This document shows, in pieces, positions 29,952 through 39,308 of a DNA stretch of 64,000 nucleotides. A program made the position numbers and the translations under genes. The stretch's first letter is position 1; each line of letters begins with the position of its first letter. The notes under the pieces were generated by a model that was given only the letters and a program-made list of their open reading frames with translations, made no database searches and was not told the DNA's origin. Origin of the DNA: Hadesarchaea archaeon (GTDB lineage Archaea; Hadarchaeota; Hadarchaeia; Hadarchaeales; Hadarchaeaceae); NCBI GenBank assembly GCA_029259175.1, contig JAPDJH010000002.1:64001-128000 (forward strand), read 5' to 3'.

Positions 29952-31787
29952 ATGAAATACAGTCACTTGGCGTTCAGATTGTTTGGCAGGTTTACTCGGG
30001 GAAAGAGATACGTGTCTTTACAGGAAGCTTTGAGAAAAGCCAGGATGCCAACGACAGCAGATGTGTATGTCTCGATGGCTTTCTTGTCGGCTTTGCTGGC
30101 GTCGGCTGCGGGAGTTGGTCTCGGATTCGTGGTGGGCTCTCTGCTGGGCTTGTCCACTTTAATGGTGGTCCTTTTGGTGATTTTGGTCGGCGCCTCGCTG
30201 GGAGGGCTAACATATCTTCTCACAATTCAGTATCCGGGCATTCTAGCCAGTGAGCGAGCGCGTAACATTGACTTGGCTCTCCCCTACGCTATAAGTTTTA
30301 TGCACGCACTGAGTAGAAGCGGGGCAACTGTAGTAGATATCTTTCGGGAATTGAGCGCGCGAACCGATGTGGGTGAGATCCAGAAAGAGGCCCAACAGTT
30401 CATGCGCGACATCGAATACCTCGGCAGGGATCCTCTTACAGCATTACGATCGCTCGCTCGCAGCACGCCTTCAGAGAAATTCAGAAGCTTCCTGGAAGTG
30501 CTGATTTCGATTGTCGAGACAGGAGGAGATATTGGTCCATACTTGGCTGGCAAGGTATCTGAGTACCACATGGGGATGAAAGAAGAAAACAAAAAGACCG
30601 TCTCCACCATGGAGCTCTTGACCGAAATTTACATCATCATAGTCCAATTTCTACCATTGCTCATGATGGCTATTTTTATTTACATGGGCTTCATGCCTGG
30701 CCAACAGATGAACATCTTTCTTCTCCAGTTGATGGCTTATTTGTGGGTTCCTCTAGGATCAATAATCTTCGCGATTCTGCTGGCTACTATCCCTCCCATA
30801 GAACTCAGGGGTCGCCCCCTGCTTGTTCGCTTGACGAGTCCATTCAAAGGCATCCCGGTGATTTCGGGTGGGGAATACGATCGACGAATTCTGAAAAAAC
30901 TGCGAGGAGGCATGCTAAGCATGAAGATAAAGAGGTTTCTCTCCAACCCCTTCAGACTATTCACACAAAATCCATCGTACGTGCTGTTCTTTAGTATTCC
31001 AGCAGGGATCCTTTATCTTCTTTACACTCCGCTGAGAACGTTAACTCTTTGCATAGGATTTTTGATCATGGTTGTACCGTATACGATTTTTTATGAATTC
31101 CGGTCTAGACGAGCAACACAGCTAGAACGATCTCTTCCCGACTTTTTGAAATCTCTTTCCAGCGCTTCTCGGTCGGGTCTGCCTCTCGCAAGAGCGCTCC
31201 AGGTAACATCAGGGGCCGAACTGGGAGTTTTGAGCCGAGAACTGGATCAAGTAGGTAGGGAGATCCAGTGGGGATCCTCGGCAACCGAAGCTCTCTCTAA
31301 ACTGGAAGCCCGGGTGTCTATTTCACCGACGACAGCACGTACCATCACTTTGATTCGAAGGGCAAGCGAAGCGGAAGAAGATATCTCGGATGTGATCGAT
31401 ATTGCTTTCAAGGATGTTCAGACCCGTCAAGAAATAGCGAAAGAGAGGAAATCGGCCATGAGTATTTATCGAATGATCATCTTAATGAGCTTTGTGATCT
31501 TCATTGTTACCATCTTTTTCATAGTCCAAAGCTACATGATGATGCCTATCAGTATGGAAGCAGGAGAAGTCAAAATCCAAGGCCTACCTCCCATGGACGT
31601 AAAGCTTCTCCTATATCGGTTAATGATATTTCAAGCGATGTTTACTGGAATTATTGCGGGACAAATTGGGAGCGGAGACGTAAAGAGTGGTCTCAAGTTT
31701 GCCATCTTGTTATTGTGCATAGCGATTTTGATGTTTGAGCTGATCATATTGCCTATGGGGCCTGCCCCCTCTGCTGCGACAGAATAA
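29952..31787 (+). CDS. type II secretion system F family membrane platform protein (TadC/PilC/ArlJ-like, two T2SSF domains)
   Basis: ID..LPYA...M..LS.SG, TPS..F..FL...GG and a second LPDFL..L....SG repeat; multiple TM segments. Confidence 0.93.
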   Translation: MKYSHLAFRLFGRFTRGKRYVSLQEALRKARMPTTADVYVSMAFLSALLASAAGVGLGFVVGSLLGLSTLMVVLLVILVGASLGGLTYLLTIQYPGILASERARNIDLALPYAISFMHALSRSGATVVDIFRELSARTDVGEIQKEAQQFMRDIEYLGRDPLTALRSLARSTPSEKFRSFLEVLISIVETGGDIGPYLAGKVSEYHMGMKEENKKTVSTMELLTEIYIIIVQFLPLLMMAIFIYMGFMPGQQMNIFLLQLMAYLWVPLGSIIFAILLATIPPIELRGRPLLVRLTSPFKGIPVISGGEYDRRILKKLRGGMLSMKIKRFLSNPFRLFTQNPSYVLFFSIPAGILYLLYTPLRTLTLCIGFLIMVVPYTIFYEFRSRRATQLERSLPDFLKSLSSASRSGLPLARALQVTSGAELGVLSRELDQVGREIQWGSSATEALSKLEARVSISPTTARTITLIRRASEAEEDISDVIDIAFKDVQTRQEIAKERKSAMSIYRMIILMSFVIFIVTIFFIVQSYMMMPISMEAGEVKIQGLPPMDVKLLLYRLMIFQAMFTGIIAGQIGSGDVKSGLKFAILLLCIAILMFELIILPMGPAPSAATE

Positions 31788-31824
31788 AATAGGCAAACTG
31801 AGCAACCTAGATAAGGGTGTGTGA

Positions 31825-32691
31825 GTGGTAGGAGGACTAGGAAAAACCCTTGCTCTGTTGGCAATTCTTACTTTCATTTTACTAGGAGTCGGCACAGCTG
31901 TAGGATACTTGTTGGGAGTGCCTCCAACGTATTCTCTCGGAATAGCTCTGATGTTGGCTCTCGTTATGAATGCCAGCCTCTACTATGCTGCGGACAAATG
32001 GGTACTCAGATTATATCATGCACGAATAGTTAGCGAGAAAGAGGCACCGGTTCTTCATCGCATTGTGGAGCGTATTGCTCAAAACGCGAAAATACCCAAA
32101 CCGAAAATAGCAGTCATCCCTATAGAAACTCCAAATGCTTTTGCTACCGGTCGTTCCCCAGCACACTCCGTGGTGGCCGTGACTCGAGGAGCGCTTGAAC
32201 TTTTGAGTGAAGAGGAGCTCGAAGGAGTGATAGGGCATGAGATGGCTCATATCAAGAACCGCGACATGCTGATCAACACGCTTGCAGCAGTAATAGGCGC
32301 GGCTGTTACATATCTGATGTATTTCTCATTGTTTGCTGGAAGCGGTAGAGATCGGGAAGGATCCAGCAGCATTTTAGCAATCTTGGCCATAATCGTTGCA
32401 CCGTTTGCTGTGATGCTTGTGAGATTTGCAATTTCACGTGCCAGAGAGTTTGAGGCCGACAAGAGTGGAGCTACTTTTTCCAGAAAACCCTTGGCCTTGG
32501 CAAGCGCGCTTCGCAAGATAGAGTCTAAGGTGAAAACACAACCAATCACTGGTGGGAATCCTTCCACTTCGCATCTCTTTATAATCAATCCGTTTCGTGG
32601 TGCTCGGCTGAGTTCGCTTTTCGCGACTCATCCTCCCACAGAGGAGCGGATAAAAAGACTGGAGTGGCTTGCCAAAACGGGACAATACTAA
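31825..32691 (+). CDS. htpX: zinc metalloprotease HtpX
   Basis: PNAFATGR, HEMAH (HExxH), SRAREFEAD and THPP..ERI motifs. Confidence 0.96.
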   Translation: MVGGLGKTLALLAILTFILLGVGTAVGYLLGVPPTYSLGIALMLALVMNASLYYAADKWVLRLYHARIVSEKEAPVLHRIVERIAQNAKIPKPKIAVIPIETPNAFATGRSPAHSVVAVTRGALELLSEEELEGVIGHEMAHIKNRDMLINTLAAVIGAAVTYLMYFSLFAGSGRDREGSSSILAILAIIVAPFAVMLVRFAISRAREFEADKSGATFSRKPLALASALRKIESKVKTQPITGGNPSTSHLFIINPFRGARLSSLFATHPPTEERIKRLEWLAKTGQY

Positions 32692-32870
32692 AATCCGAGA
32701 AGAGAGGGGCCTACAAATCGAAGGGCTATCTCAAAGAGGATCACGCCGATAATGAAATAGAGCATGTGTTTTGGCTGTATCTTTATCCCGTGTCCTTCTT
32801 CCTCAAAGTACCGGATCAGTCCTGCACCACTAACCGGCATTCTCTCTTGTCTTCTCCGCATCCTTCTCAC
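32688..32870 (-). CDS. secG: preprotein translocase subunit Sec61beta/SecG
   Basis: SGAGLIRYFEEE..GIKI.P followed by one TM helix; the exact start is uncertain (GTG 32870 or ATG 32861). Confidence 0.92.
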   Translation of the reverse strand: MRRMRRRQERMPVSGAGLIRYFEEEGHGIKIQPKHMLYFIIGVILFEIALRFVGPSLLGF

Positions 32871-33396
32871 TAAGACTTTGGTTTCTTTTTATTAATCTTT
32901 GTAGAATCTCTTCCTGAGTTCGTAATACATCGGTGCGTGTTCGTGCCCTTTGATACATGTGAAGTGGCTCAGCGTTTAGATGGAGGAATGTGTTGCCCCA
33001 TTTGAATGGTCGCAGAAGATCACGAGCTAGCTCCTCATATCCCAGAATGTAAAGCGCGGCAGATAGCGCTTCGGCTGTACTAAGTCTGGTGGGCCGTCCG
33101 TAGTTGATGGGATTGGCAGCCACCAAGTACGGAAGTGCACGTGGATGAACCCGCTTCCAGAGTTCCTTAAATGCTCGGATGTTGTGCCACGAACAATCGA
33201 TAGCGGTTATCCCAAACCTGTCTGCAATTGGTTTGTCTTCTGGCGAGAAGCATATCTCCGAGTGCGGATCAAGCAGAATGCTGGAGCGGGGCACACGGCG
33301 ATAGTGAACGGGAGTGAGAAGTCCTTGGTTGATCAGCCGGCGTGCCGTGCATTTTTTTGGATCGCATTCGTGAAGATGGAGAACATAAAGCTTCAT
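32830..33396 (-). CDS. tsr3: 16S rRNA aminocarboxypropyltransferase Tsr3 (DUF367)
   Basis: CDPKKCTA..L, DCSW, RALPYLVAANPINYG and LSTAEA...FKWG..FL.LN motifs. Confidence 0.96.
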   Translation of the reverse strand: MKLYVLHLHECDPKKCTARRLINQGLLTPVHYRRVPRSSILLDPHSEICFSPEDKPIADRFGITAIDCSWHNIRAFKELWKRVHPRALPYLVAANPINYGRPTRLSTAEALSAALYILGYEELARDLLRPFKWGNTFLHLNAEPLHMYQRARTRTDVLRTQEEILQRLIKRNQSLSEKDAEKTRENAG

Positions 33397-33404
33397 CGAC
33401 GTAC

Positions 33405-34376
33405 CTATGCTTCCATGATGGATTTAATATATGCAGTTTCCTTCTGCAGAAGCTCTTTTCCCTCTAAGACCTGTTCGACACTCTTGAACGCCGTTTCAAG
33501 GACAATGGTCTCGACGCCTTTCCTTTTCACGATTCGTGCATATCTCTCCAAGTTGGCTCTCTTGAGCAATCCCCATTCTAGGTGTAGAGGAGGATGAAAC
33601 ATTTTCTCACCAGGCACATAGTCGTTCAAGTGGAGCTCTTTGATGAAATCTGCTGGGATTTCCTCCATTATATTTTCTGGTGGGTCTGGCACGTCTTTGC
33701 CATTATCAGCACGGGTAAACCAGTGCCCGATATCGAAGTTCAAGAATATTTCGACATCCTTTTCTCTCATTTCTCGGACGACTCGAATGCAGTCTGGGAG
33801 TTCGCTAAAAATTTCATCAAAGGCGGTGTTGTTTTCGAGGTGGAGAGCAATCCCTAAATCATTGCACATTTTTCCGAGCTCCTCCAAACTCTTTTTAAGA
33901 GATTCCGTTATGAGATTGAGATACCATCCCACTCTATGCCAGAAGGGCGCTGTTCCTGGATGGGTATTCACATAGATCGCTCCTACGTCCGCCGCGAATT
34001 GAATGCATTGTTTGTGGATTTTCACAGCAATTCTCCGATCGCTTTCCTGCGGGGCACATATGCTTCCTCCGACGTAGGAGTAGGGAAGATGGAGAGAGAG
34101 AGTGACATCATAAGATTTTGCTAGTTCTCGGATGTGTTGTCTTTCTTCCTTGCTCATATCTAAGTATGGATTCGGAGAATCCCCATCCAATTCTACGTGA
34201 TTCAATCCCAGCGCTTTTGTGATTTCCAGTTGAAGTTTCACATCTTTCTTCGCTTTCTCGAGAGCCAGCGCATTCATGGTTCCAAGGTCTATCTCTCCTC
34301 GCCGAAAAGCGGCCTTTTGTTCTTCAGACAGATGGTCATATACAAGACAGTTCGTGTAGTCTCTTCCCAGTCGCAT
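33405..34376 (-). CDS. xylose-isomerase-like / AP endonuclease 2 TIM-barrel metalloprotein of unknown substrate
   Basis: LSLHLP, HPG, LEN, FDIGH, ELHLND and LE metal-ligand pattern; true start taken as the ATG at 34376, since the ORF-track extension runs into the IS. Confidence 0.8.
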   Translation of the reverse strand: MRLGRDYTNCLVYDHLSEEQKAAFRRGEIDLGTMNALALEKAKKDVKLQLEITKALGLNHVELDGDSPNPYLDMSKEERQHIRELAKSYDVTLSLHLPYSYVGGSICAPQESDRRIAVKIHKQCIQFAADVGAIYVNTHPGTAPFWHRVGWYLNLITESLKKSLEELGKMCNDLGIALHLENNTAFDEIFSELPDCIRVVREMREKDVEIFLNFDIGHWFTRADNGKDVPDPPENIMEEIPADFIKELHLNDYVPGEKMFHPPLHLEWGLLKRANLERYARIVKRKGVETIVLETAFKSVEQVLEGKELLQKETAYIKSIMEA

Positions 34377-34456
34377 TCTACCGGTGAAGGTAATTCCATA
34401 GAATATTAAAAACTTCTGGATAATTCGGGCTTGGGACAAAAATCGATAGCGTGAGT

Positions 34457-34774
34457 TCAAGTTTCCTTCGCACGCCGGCCCGCAAGCCCCAGCACGCGCT
34501 CGTCCTGCGGTCTGAGTTCCACCGTCCACTCGTGGACTTCCGCCCGATGCCGCTTTAGGAACTCGACGACCCGCGGACCGTCCTCCTCCCGCACCAGCAC
34601 CACGTTTCGCATCACCCGCACGTGTGGGATCCCGCTCAGGAAGCCCGGTCTGAAATACCGGTACCGCCCCCGGTTCGAGTAGTCTGTGTACCCGTAGAAT
34701 TGCTTGCAGAACCGCATGACCTCCGCATGCTTCACGCGCCCGTATAGCTTGAAGACTATCAGTCGTCCACGCAT
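34457..34774 (-). CDS. IS-encoded small basic protein of unknown function
   Basis: 105-aa ORF inside the TIRs, with a TATA box about 30 nt upstream; beta-alpha pattern and F...FYGY.D.S..G.Y.Y.R.G.L..IP signature. Confidence 0.8.
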   Translation of the reverse strand: MRGRLIVFKLYGRVKHAEVMRFCKQFYGYTDYSNRGRYRYFRPGFLSGIPHVRVMRNVVLVREEDGPRVVEFLKRHRAEVHEWTVELRPQDERVLGLAGRRAKET

Positions 34775-34778
34775 TTCC

Positions 34779-34810
34779 TACGGTTAGATATTAACCGTAA
34801 GATTTATATA
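34779..34810. promoter_or_regulatory. inverted repeat TACGGTTA-N5-TAACCGTA plus a bidirectional TATA box (TTTATATA)
   Basis: IR at 34779-34799 and TATA at 34803-34810, lying between the two divergent IS start codons. Confidence 0.7.
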
Positions 34811-34831
34811 CCTTTGGGTAGGGTTTTCATC

Positions 34832-35881
34832 GTGCCACGATTCGATCGAAAGCAGCGAGAGCTCAACCGGCTGATCCGCGAGATCAAGAGCAGGCGCTTT
34901 CCATACAGACCGCGCGAGGGGCGCGAGATCGACTGGTCGAAGTACGATCAGGCACAGCTCCGCGAGATCAACGACATGCTGCTCACGATCCGCGACGCGG
35001 TCGACGAGGCCGCGCTCAGGCTCGGGCTCGAGGAGTGGCACCCGGAGGGGCCAGGGAGACCGCCCTACCCTCCGGCGGACATGGCGAAGGCCCTGCTGAT
35101 CCAGCAGTACTTCGGAGTGTCCAACCGGGTAGCAGCCGGGCTGGTTCTCCTCTTCAGGGAGAAAATGGCGATCAGAGAAGCCCCCTCCTACAAGGCGATT
35201 GAGCGCGCTTACGAGTATCCGGAGGTGCTCGCGATTTTGGAGGAGGTGCTCAGGCTCACCCAGGAGCCGCTGAAATCAGTCGAGCACAACTTCGCGGCCG
35301 ACGGGACAGGCCTCCCAACCTCCGTCAAGCACAACTGGGAGCGCGACAGAGACGACGAACAGGAGCGAGCCAGTTTCCAGAAGCTCGTCGCGATGGTGGG
35401 AACCACGTACTCGCTGGTCTCTGCGGTCGAGTTTCCCGAGAACCCCTATGCCCACGACTCGCCTTTTCTCGAACCACTGCTTCACCGGACATCCGCTGTC
35501 TATCCGTCGATCGGGGTGGTCAGCCTCGACGAGGCGTTCCTGTCAAGAGAAAACTGCGAGCTGATAAATGCCGTCGGCGGAATTCCCCGCATAAGCCTGA
35601 AGCAGGGGATAACGCTCAAGCAAAAGGGGAGCCCCGCGTGGAGGCAAATGCTGCTGAGCTTTCTGACACGCCCTCAGGAATGGCTGCGTGAGTACCACAT
35701 GCGCTCGGTTGTTGAAAGCGTGTTCTCCGCGTTCAAGCGCAAATTTCAAAGGCCGTTGATGCGTCGCATCTCGAAGCGGAGGCGCACCGAGGCGCTGGCC
35801 CGGATCTGCACGTACAACCTTAGACGGCTGTGCTATCTCAGGTATCTCGAAGGCTTGGATGTTGGATGGGGAGCTAGCTAA
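34832..35881 (+). CDS. DDE transposase (IS4/IS5/ISNCY-like)
   Basis: GRPPY, ADGTG (D), HDSP, SLDEAF (D) and Y..RS.VES.FS..KR (E) motifs; GTG 34832 preferred over TTG 34814 from TATA spacing; stop abuts the right TIR. Confidence 0.93.
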   Translation: MPRFDRKQRELNRLIREIKSRRFPYRPREGREIDWSKYDQAQLREINDMLLTIRDAVDEAALRLGLEEWHPEGPGRPPYPPADMAKALLIQQYFGVSNRVAAGLVLLFREKMAIREAPSYKAIERAYEYPEVLAILEEVLRLTQEPLKSVEHNFAADGTGLPTSVKHNWERDRDDEQERASFQKLVAMVGTTYSLVSAVEFPENPYAHDSPFLEPLLHRTSAVYPSIGVVSLDEAFLSRENCELINAVGGIPRISLKQGITLKQKGSPAWRQMLLSFLTRPQEWLREYHMRSVVESVFSAFKRKFQRPLMRRISKRRRTEALARICTYNLRRLCYLRYLEGLDVGWGAS

Positions 35882-35903
35882 TTTCGTCCCAAACCCGGAT
35901 AAT

Positions 35904-37703
35904 TCAGGACCCTTTGGGTTCTACCCACTCAAACTTTCGCTGAAGGGTTTTTGGATATATTTCGCGCCAATCATAGTTGAGCTTTTTGGCCCAGTAAAAG
36001 AAGGCTCGAGGGTCAATGTAGCTTTTGAGAGAGGTGTTGAGATTGTAGTTCTTTGTAGATTTTGCGATTTCGTATTTCACTTTGGCTATCAAGATTTTTT
36101 CACGATACCTTTTGACGCGCTCAAGATGTTTCATTTTCCTTTGTCTGGTTTTTTCCTTAAACTCTCTTTTCATTTTTCTTATTTTCTCCTTTTCTTCTCG
36201 AATTCTCTTCCTTAGCTTTTGAATGATTTGTTTTCTTCGAGGCGTTGTTTTTTTCTGTTTGAGCTCCTCGAGCCGGGTTTGAAGAGTGGCTAAGTGTTGC
36301 TCACGTTTTTTCAGTTTTTCAGTAAATTTCTCCCGCCGCTTTTTTTCGTCTGATTCGTATTTTTCTATAATAGAGCGAAGGGTTTGTTGTAGTTTTTTTA
36401 TTCGCTCGGCTTTTTTCTGAAGCGACTCTCTCCAATTTTTTGGAAGTTTTCGTTTGTGATTGCATTCGATGGCGGCATTGAGATTGGCTCGCACGGCGGC
36501 AAATTTTTTCATGATGGGGTGTTCGTCCGGCTTTACAGGATGTGTGTTGAGATATTCCTCAACGATTTTGGTCGCGTGGTAAGTGCGGAATACTTTTGCT
36601 GTGAGTCCCGGCATCACTTCTGAAAGAAAGGCATTTACCAACTCGGATCGAACTCCGTCGAAAATTCGCTCTCTTGGTGTTTTGATGAAGGATTTTAAGT
36701 TGGATAGAACTTTTTCTGGCAATTTTACTGTTTTGACCCACCTCACCGAATCTTTCCCCAAGAAATCGAATCTCACCGTACCGTCGGAGTTTATCTTCAC
36801 ATGTGATCCCCGAAGCGTAGTTGCACCAACCGTATCGGCTTCGTCTTTGTCTTTTTCGTCTCCCACCCGCAGCTTTAGCTTGTCTATTAAGTAGGCGACC
36901 GTTGCTATTTTGCGCCTCAGCTCATCCGGCGAGTCCAAGTTTTTCCAGATGTGCTCTCGAACTCTTTCAATATATTGCTCCAGTTTCCGCGCGGTGTCGT
37001 ATTTTTCTTTTTCCCTTAGCTGTCTGAACTCGAAGCTTTCGGATATCCACACGTATTTCATCTTCCCAGTAAGTTTGTCTCTCCATTTGGCTATCCATAG
37101 GGCCTTTGGATCGAAGACCCTGCCACCCCATTTTTCGCCCCGAGGAGTGGGAGGGGTCGGGGCGTTTGGGGAAAGATTGAGAATGATATCGGAGTAATAG
37201 ACTCTGGGCTTCCATCGCCCGCGCAACGGATGCTTTCCCCGACCCATGAATATGCCGGGCGGTTCAACGGTATAATTTGCGATTTCGACTCGTTGTCCGT
37301 TTATGATGGCATACCCATATCTTTCTTTGTTTTCTTCCCGTTGTTTTTTCCTCAGCTCGCTCAGGCGTTTTTTCTCCTCTTTTGTTAATTTTTCCTTTTT
37401 CTTCTTCTCCCTTTCCAACCACCGCTGTATGCTTGAAAAGTCGAAATCTTCGGGGCGCGCAACCGCTTTCAGCCCCAAAGCTTTTGAAAAATCCTTGAAA
37501 AAGTTTTTCACAAATACCGGATCTTTCACATACTCGGTCTCGAGCTTTTTTACCCAAGCGACTGCCATTTCTTCCTGCTCAGGATTGAGCCTGAGCCTTC
37601 TTCCTTTGTATTTTATGGAAAAGCCCACTGGTTCATACTCAGGAATAAGAACTCCGTTGTGTATGAGTTCCTTCATCTGAAACGAGTTGTTGTTTGGATC
37701 CAT
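35904..37703 (-). CDS. eukaryote-like DNA topoisomerase IB
   Basis: HNGV, EPPGIF.GRG.HP.RG, LRVGDEK (R), FLGKDS (K), AKVFRTY (R), CNH (H), a coiled-coil linker and TSLKSYIDPR (catalytic Tyr). Confidence 0.96.
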   Translation of the reverse strand: MDPNNNSFQMKELIHNGVLIPEYEPVGFSIKYKGRRLRLNPEQEEMAVAWVKKLETEYVKDPVFVKNFFKDFSKALGLKAVARPEDFDFSSIQRWLEREKKKKEKLTKEEKKRLSELRKKQREENKERYGYAIINGQRVEIANYTVEPPGIFMGRGKHPLRGRWKPRVYYSDIILNLSPNAPTPPTPRGEKWGGRVFDPKALWIAKWRDKLTGKMKYVWISESFEFRQLREKEKYDTARKLEQYIERVREHIWKNLDSPDELRRKIATVAYLIDKLKLRVGDEKDKDEADTVGATTLRGSHVKINSDGTVRFDFLGKDSVRWVKTVKLPEKVLSNLKSFIKTPRERIFDGVRSELVNAFLSEVMPGLTAKVFRTYHATKIVEEYLNTHPVKPDEHPIMKKFAAVRANLNAAIECNHKRKLPKNWRESLQKKAERIKKLQQTLRSIIEKYESDEKKRREKFTEKLKKREQHLATLQTRLEELKQKKTTPRRKQIIQKLRKRIREEKEKIRKMKREFKEKTRQRKMKHLERVKRYREKILIAKVKYEIAKSTKNYNLNTSLKSYIDPRAFFYWAKKLNYDWREIYPKTLQRKFEWVEPKGS

Positions 37704-37752
37704 TTGGCCACACCAGATTTTTTATTTTTTCTCTAAGGAATTATATGCTTAG

Positions 37753-38736
37753 TTGGCGATAGAAATGGTCAGAAAATTAAAAGTGGAGGAGGCAGTTGGA
37801 CATCGATTGGCTCACGACGTTGTTCAGTATGGGCCGAATTTGAAGGCCGTTATCTTTAAGCGCGGCCACTTGATTAGAGCCGAAGACATAGAGCGTTTGA
37901 AGGATTCCGGAAACTATTATGTGTATGTCGAGGGTGGAGAAGAGCAAGGGATTCACGAAGACGAAGCAGCCATCCGCTTGATGAGAGCTGCAGCCGGAAA
38001 GAACGTTTTTTTATCACGACCCAACAAGGGAAGGGTTGATGCATTCGCGTCTATCCCTGGGATCCTGCGCGTCAACGTGTCTCTTTTGAGAGAAATCAAT
38101 TCGATAGATGGTTTCATATTAGTGAGTAGAAAGGATTACTCGCTTGTAGGAAAAAGCGAGCTCGTAGCGTCGGGCAAGATAGTTCCCTTATTCATTTCAG
38201 AAATAGAGTTGCGGCGGGTAGAGAAGACTCTCAGATCGCAGACACCTGGAATAGAAATCTTTCCTCCACAAAAGAGAGCGGTGTGTGCAATCATAACTGG
38301 AACTGAAGTGTACGAGGGTCGCGTAAAGGACGGTTTTGTTCCGGCCATAAATACTAGACTAGAAAAAGTGGGGCTGAGATTGAGCAAGATCTGTTATGTG
38401 CCCGACGACGTAGAGCAGATAAAGAGCGCAATTCTGGATAGCGTGAAAACCGCTGATATTGTGTTAGTCGGGGGAGGAATGGCGGTTGATGCTGGCGATG
38501 TTACTCCGGAAGCGATCAAAGCAACTGGAGCAAAGGTAGTTTCGAGAGGAATTCCGGTGTTTCCCGGTGCAATGTTGATGGTCGCTTATCTCGACTCCAT
38601 TCCGATTCTTGGCCTTCCGGCATGTGTTATTCCGGACAGATTGACCAGCTTTGATTTGCTCCTTCCAAAGCTTTTGCTTGGCGAACCGATCACGAAAGCG
38701 ATGATTATAGAACTTGCACACGGGGGGTTGCTTTGA
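37753..38736 (+). CDS. molybdopterin-binding protein (short MoeA-like)
   Basis: AVG..LAHD...FKRGH, HEDEAA, TG.EV..G...D, GGM.VD..D.TP and P.FPG.M....GLP.C motifs. Confidence 0.85.
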   Translation: MAIEMVRKLKVEEAVGHRLAHDVVQYGPNLKAVIFKRGHLIRAEDIERLKDSGNYYVYVEGGEEQGIHEDEAAIRLMRAAAGKNVFLSRPNKGRVDAFASIPGILRVNVSLLREINSIDGFILVSRKDYSLVGKSELVASGKIVPLFISEIELRRVEKTLRSQTPGIEIFPPQKRAVCAIITGTEVYEGRVKDGFVPAINTRLEKVGLRLSKICYVPDDVEQIKSAILDSVKTADIVLVGGGMAVDAGDVTPEAIKATGAKVVSRGIPVFPGAMLMVAYLDSIPILGLPACVIPDRLTSFDLLLPKLLLGEPITKAMIIELAHGGLL

Positions 38737-39308
38737 TTGGCGCCGTAATACTGGCTGCTGGAGAATCACGGAGAATGGGAAAATTCAAGCCCTTAATCGA
38801 GATTGAAGGAAAACCGATGCTTCAGCACGTGATTGAAAACTTTCAGCCTCTCGTCGAAAAAGTTGTGGTGGTGTTAGGATTTAGCGCAGATTTGCTCATT
38901 CCCTTAATACAACGACTCGGTGCGGAGTACGTGATAAACGAGTCTTATCGGAAAGGGATGGCCTCCTCTTTTAAGAAAGGATTGGAGCAATGTCTTGACT
39001 GTGATGCAGTTTTTCTGGCTTTAGGAGATCAGCCTTACGTGGATCCACATTATCTGCGAAGAGCCATTCAGACCTGGAAAAATAGCGCAAAAGTGGTGAG
39101 TCCCGTTTATCAGGGGAAGAAAGGTCATCCTGTTCTAATCGACAAATCTCTATTCAATGAATTTCTAAGCATTTCACCAGAAGAACAGCTCCGAGATGTA
39201 CTTCGTCGTCATTCTGCGGATCAAGTGCTTTTAGAGGCGGGCAAGTGGGCGATCGTTGATTTGGATTTCCCGGAAGATCTCAGCTTGATCAGAACCGGAG
39301 AGCTTTGA
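38733..39308 (+). CDS. molybdenum cofactor cytidylyltransferase-like nucleotidyltransferase (MocA family)
   Basis: ILAAG.SRRMG..K, GM.SS...G, LGDQP, GHPV and DLD.PED motifs. Confidence 0.85.
   Translation: MIGAVILAAGESRRMGKFKPLIEIEGKPMLQHVIENFQPLVEKVVVVLGFSADLLIPLIQRLGAEYVINESYRKGMASSFKKGLEQCLDCDAVFLALGDQPYVDPHYLRRAIQTWKNSAKVVSPVYQGKKGHPVLIDKSLFNEFLSISPEEQLRDVLRRHSADQVLLEAGKWAIVDLDFPEDLSLIRTGEL

Larger units (their letters stand above)
34427..35896. mobile_element. insertion sequence (1470 bp) with DDE transposase and a divergent small ORF
   Basis: TIRs GGGCTTGGGACAAAA (34427) and reverse complement GGGTTTGGGACGAAA (ending 35896); flanking direct repeat GGATAATTC at 34418-34426 and 35897-35905; visibly GC-richer than its flanks. 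Confidence 0.95.

Noticed and set aside
34377-34529. N-terminal extension of the 33405..34529 ORF
   Set aside because: Runs through the promoter and into the IS; the ATG at 34376 is the plausible start
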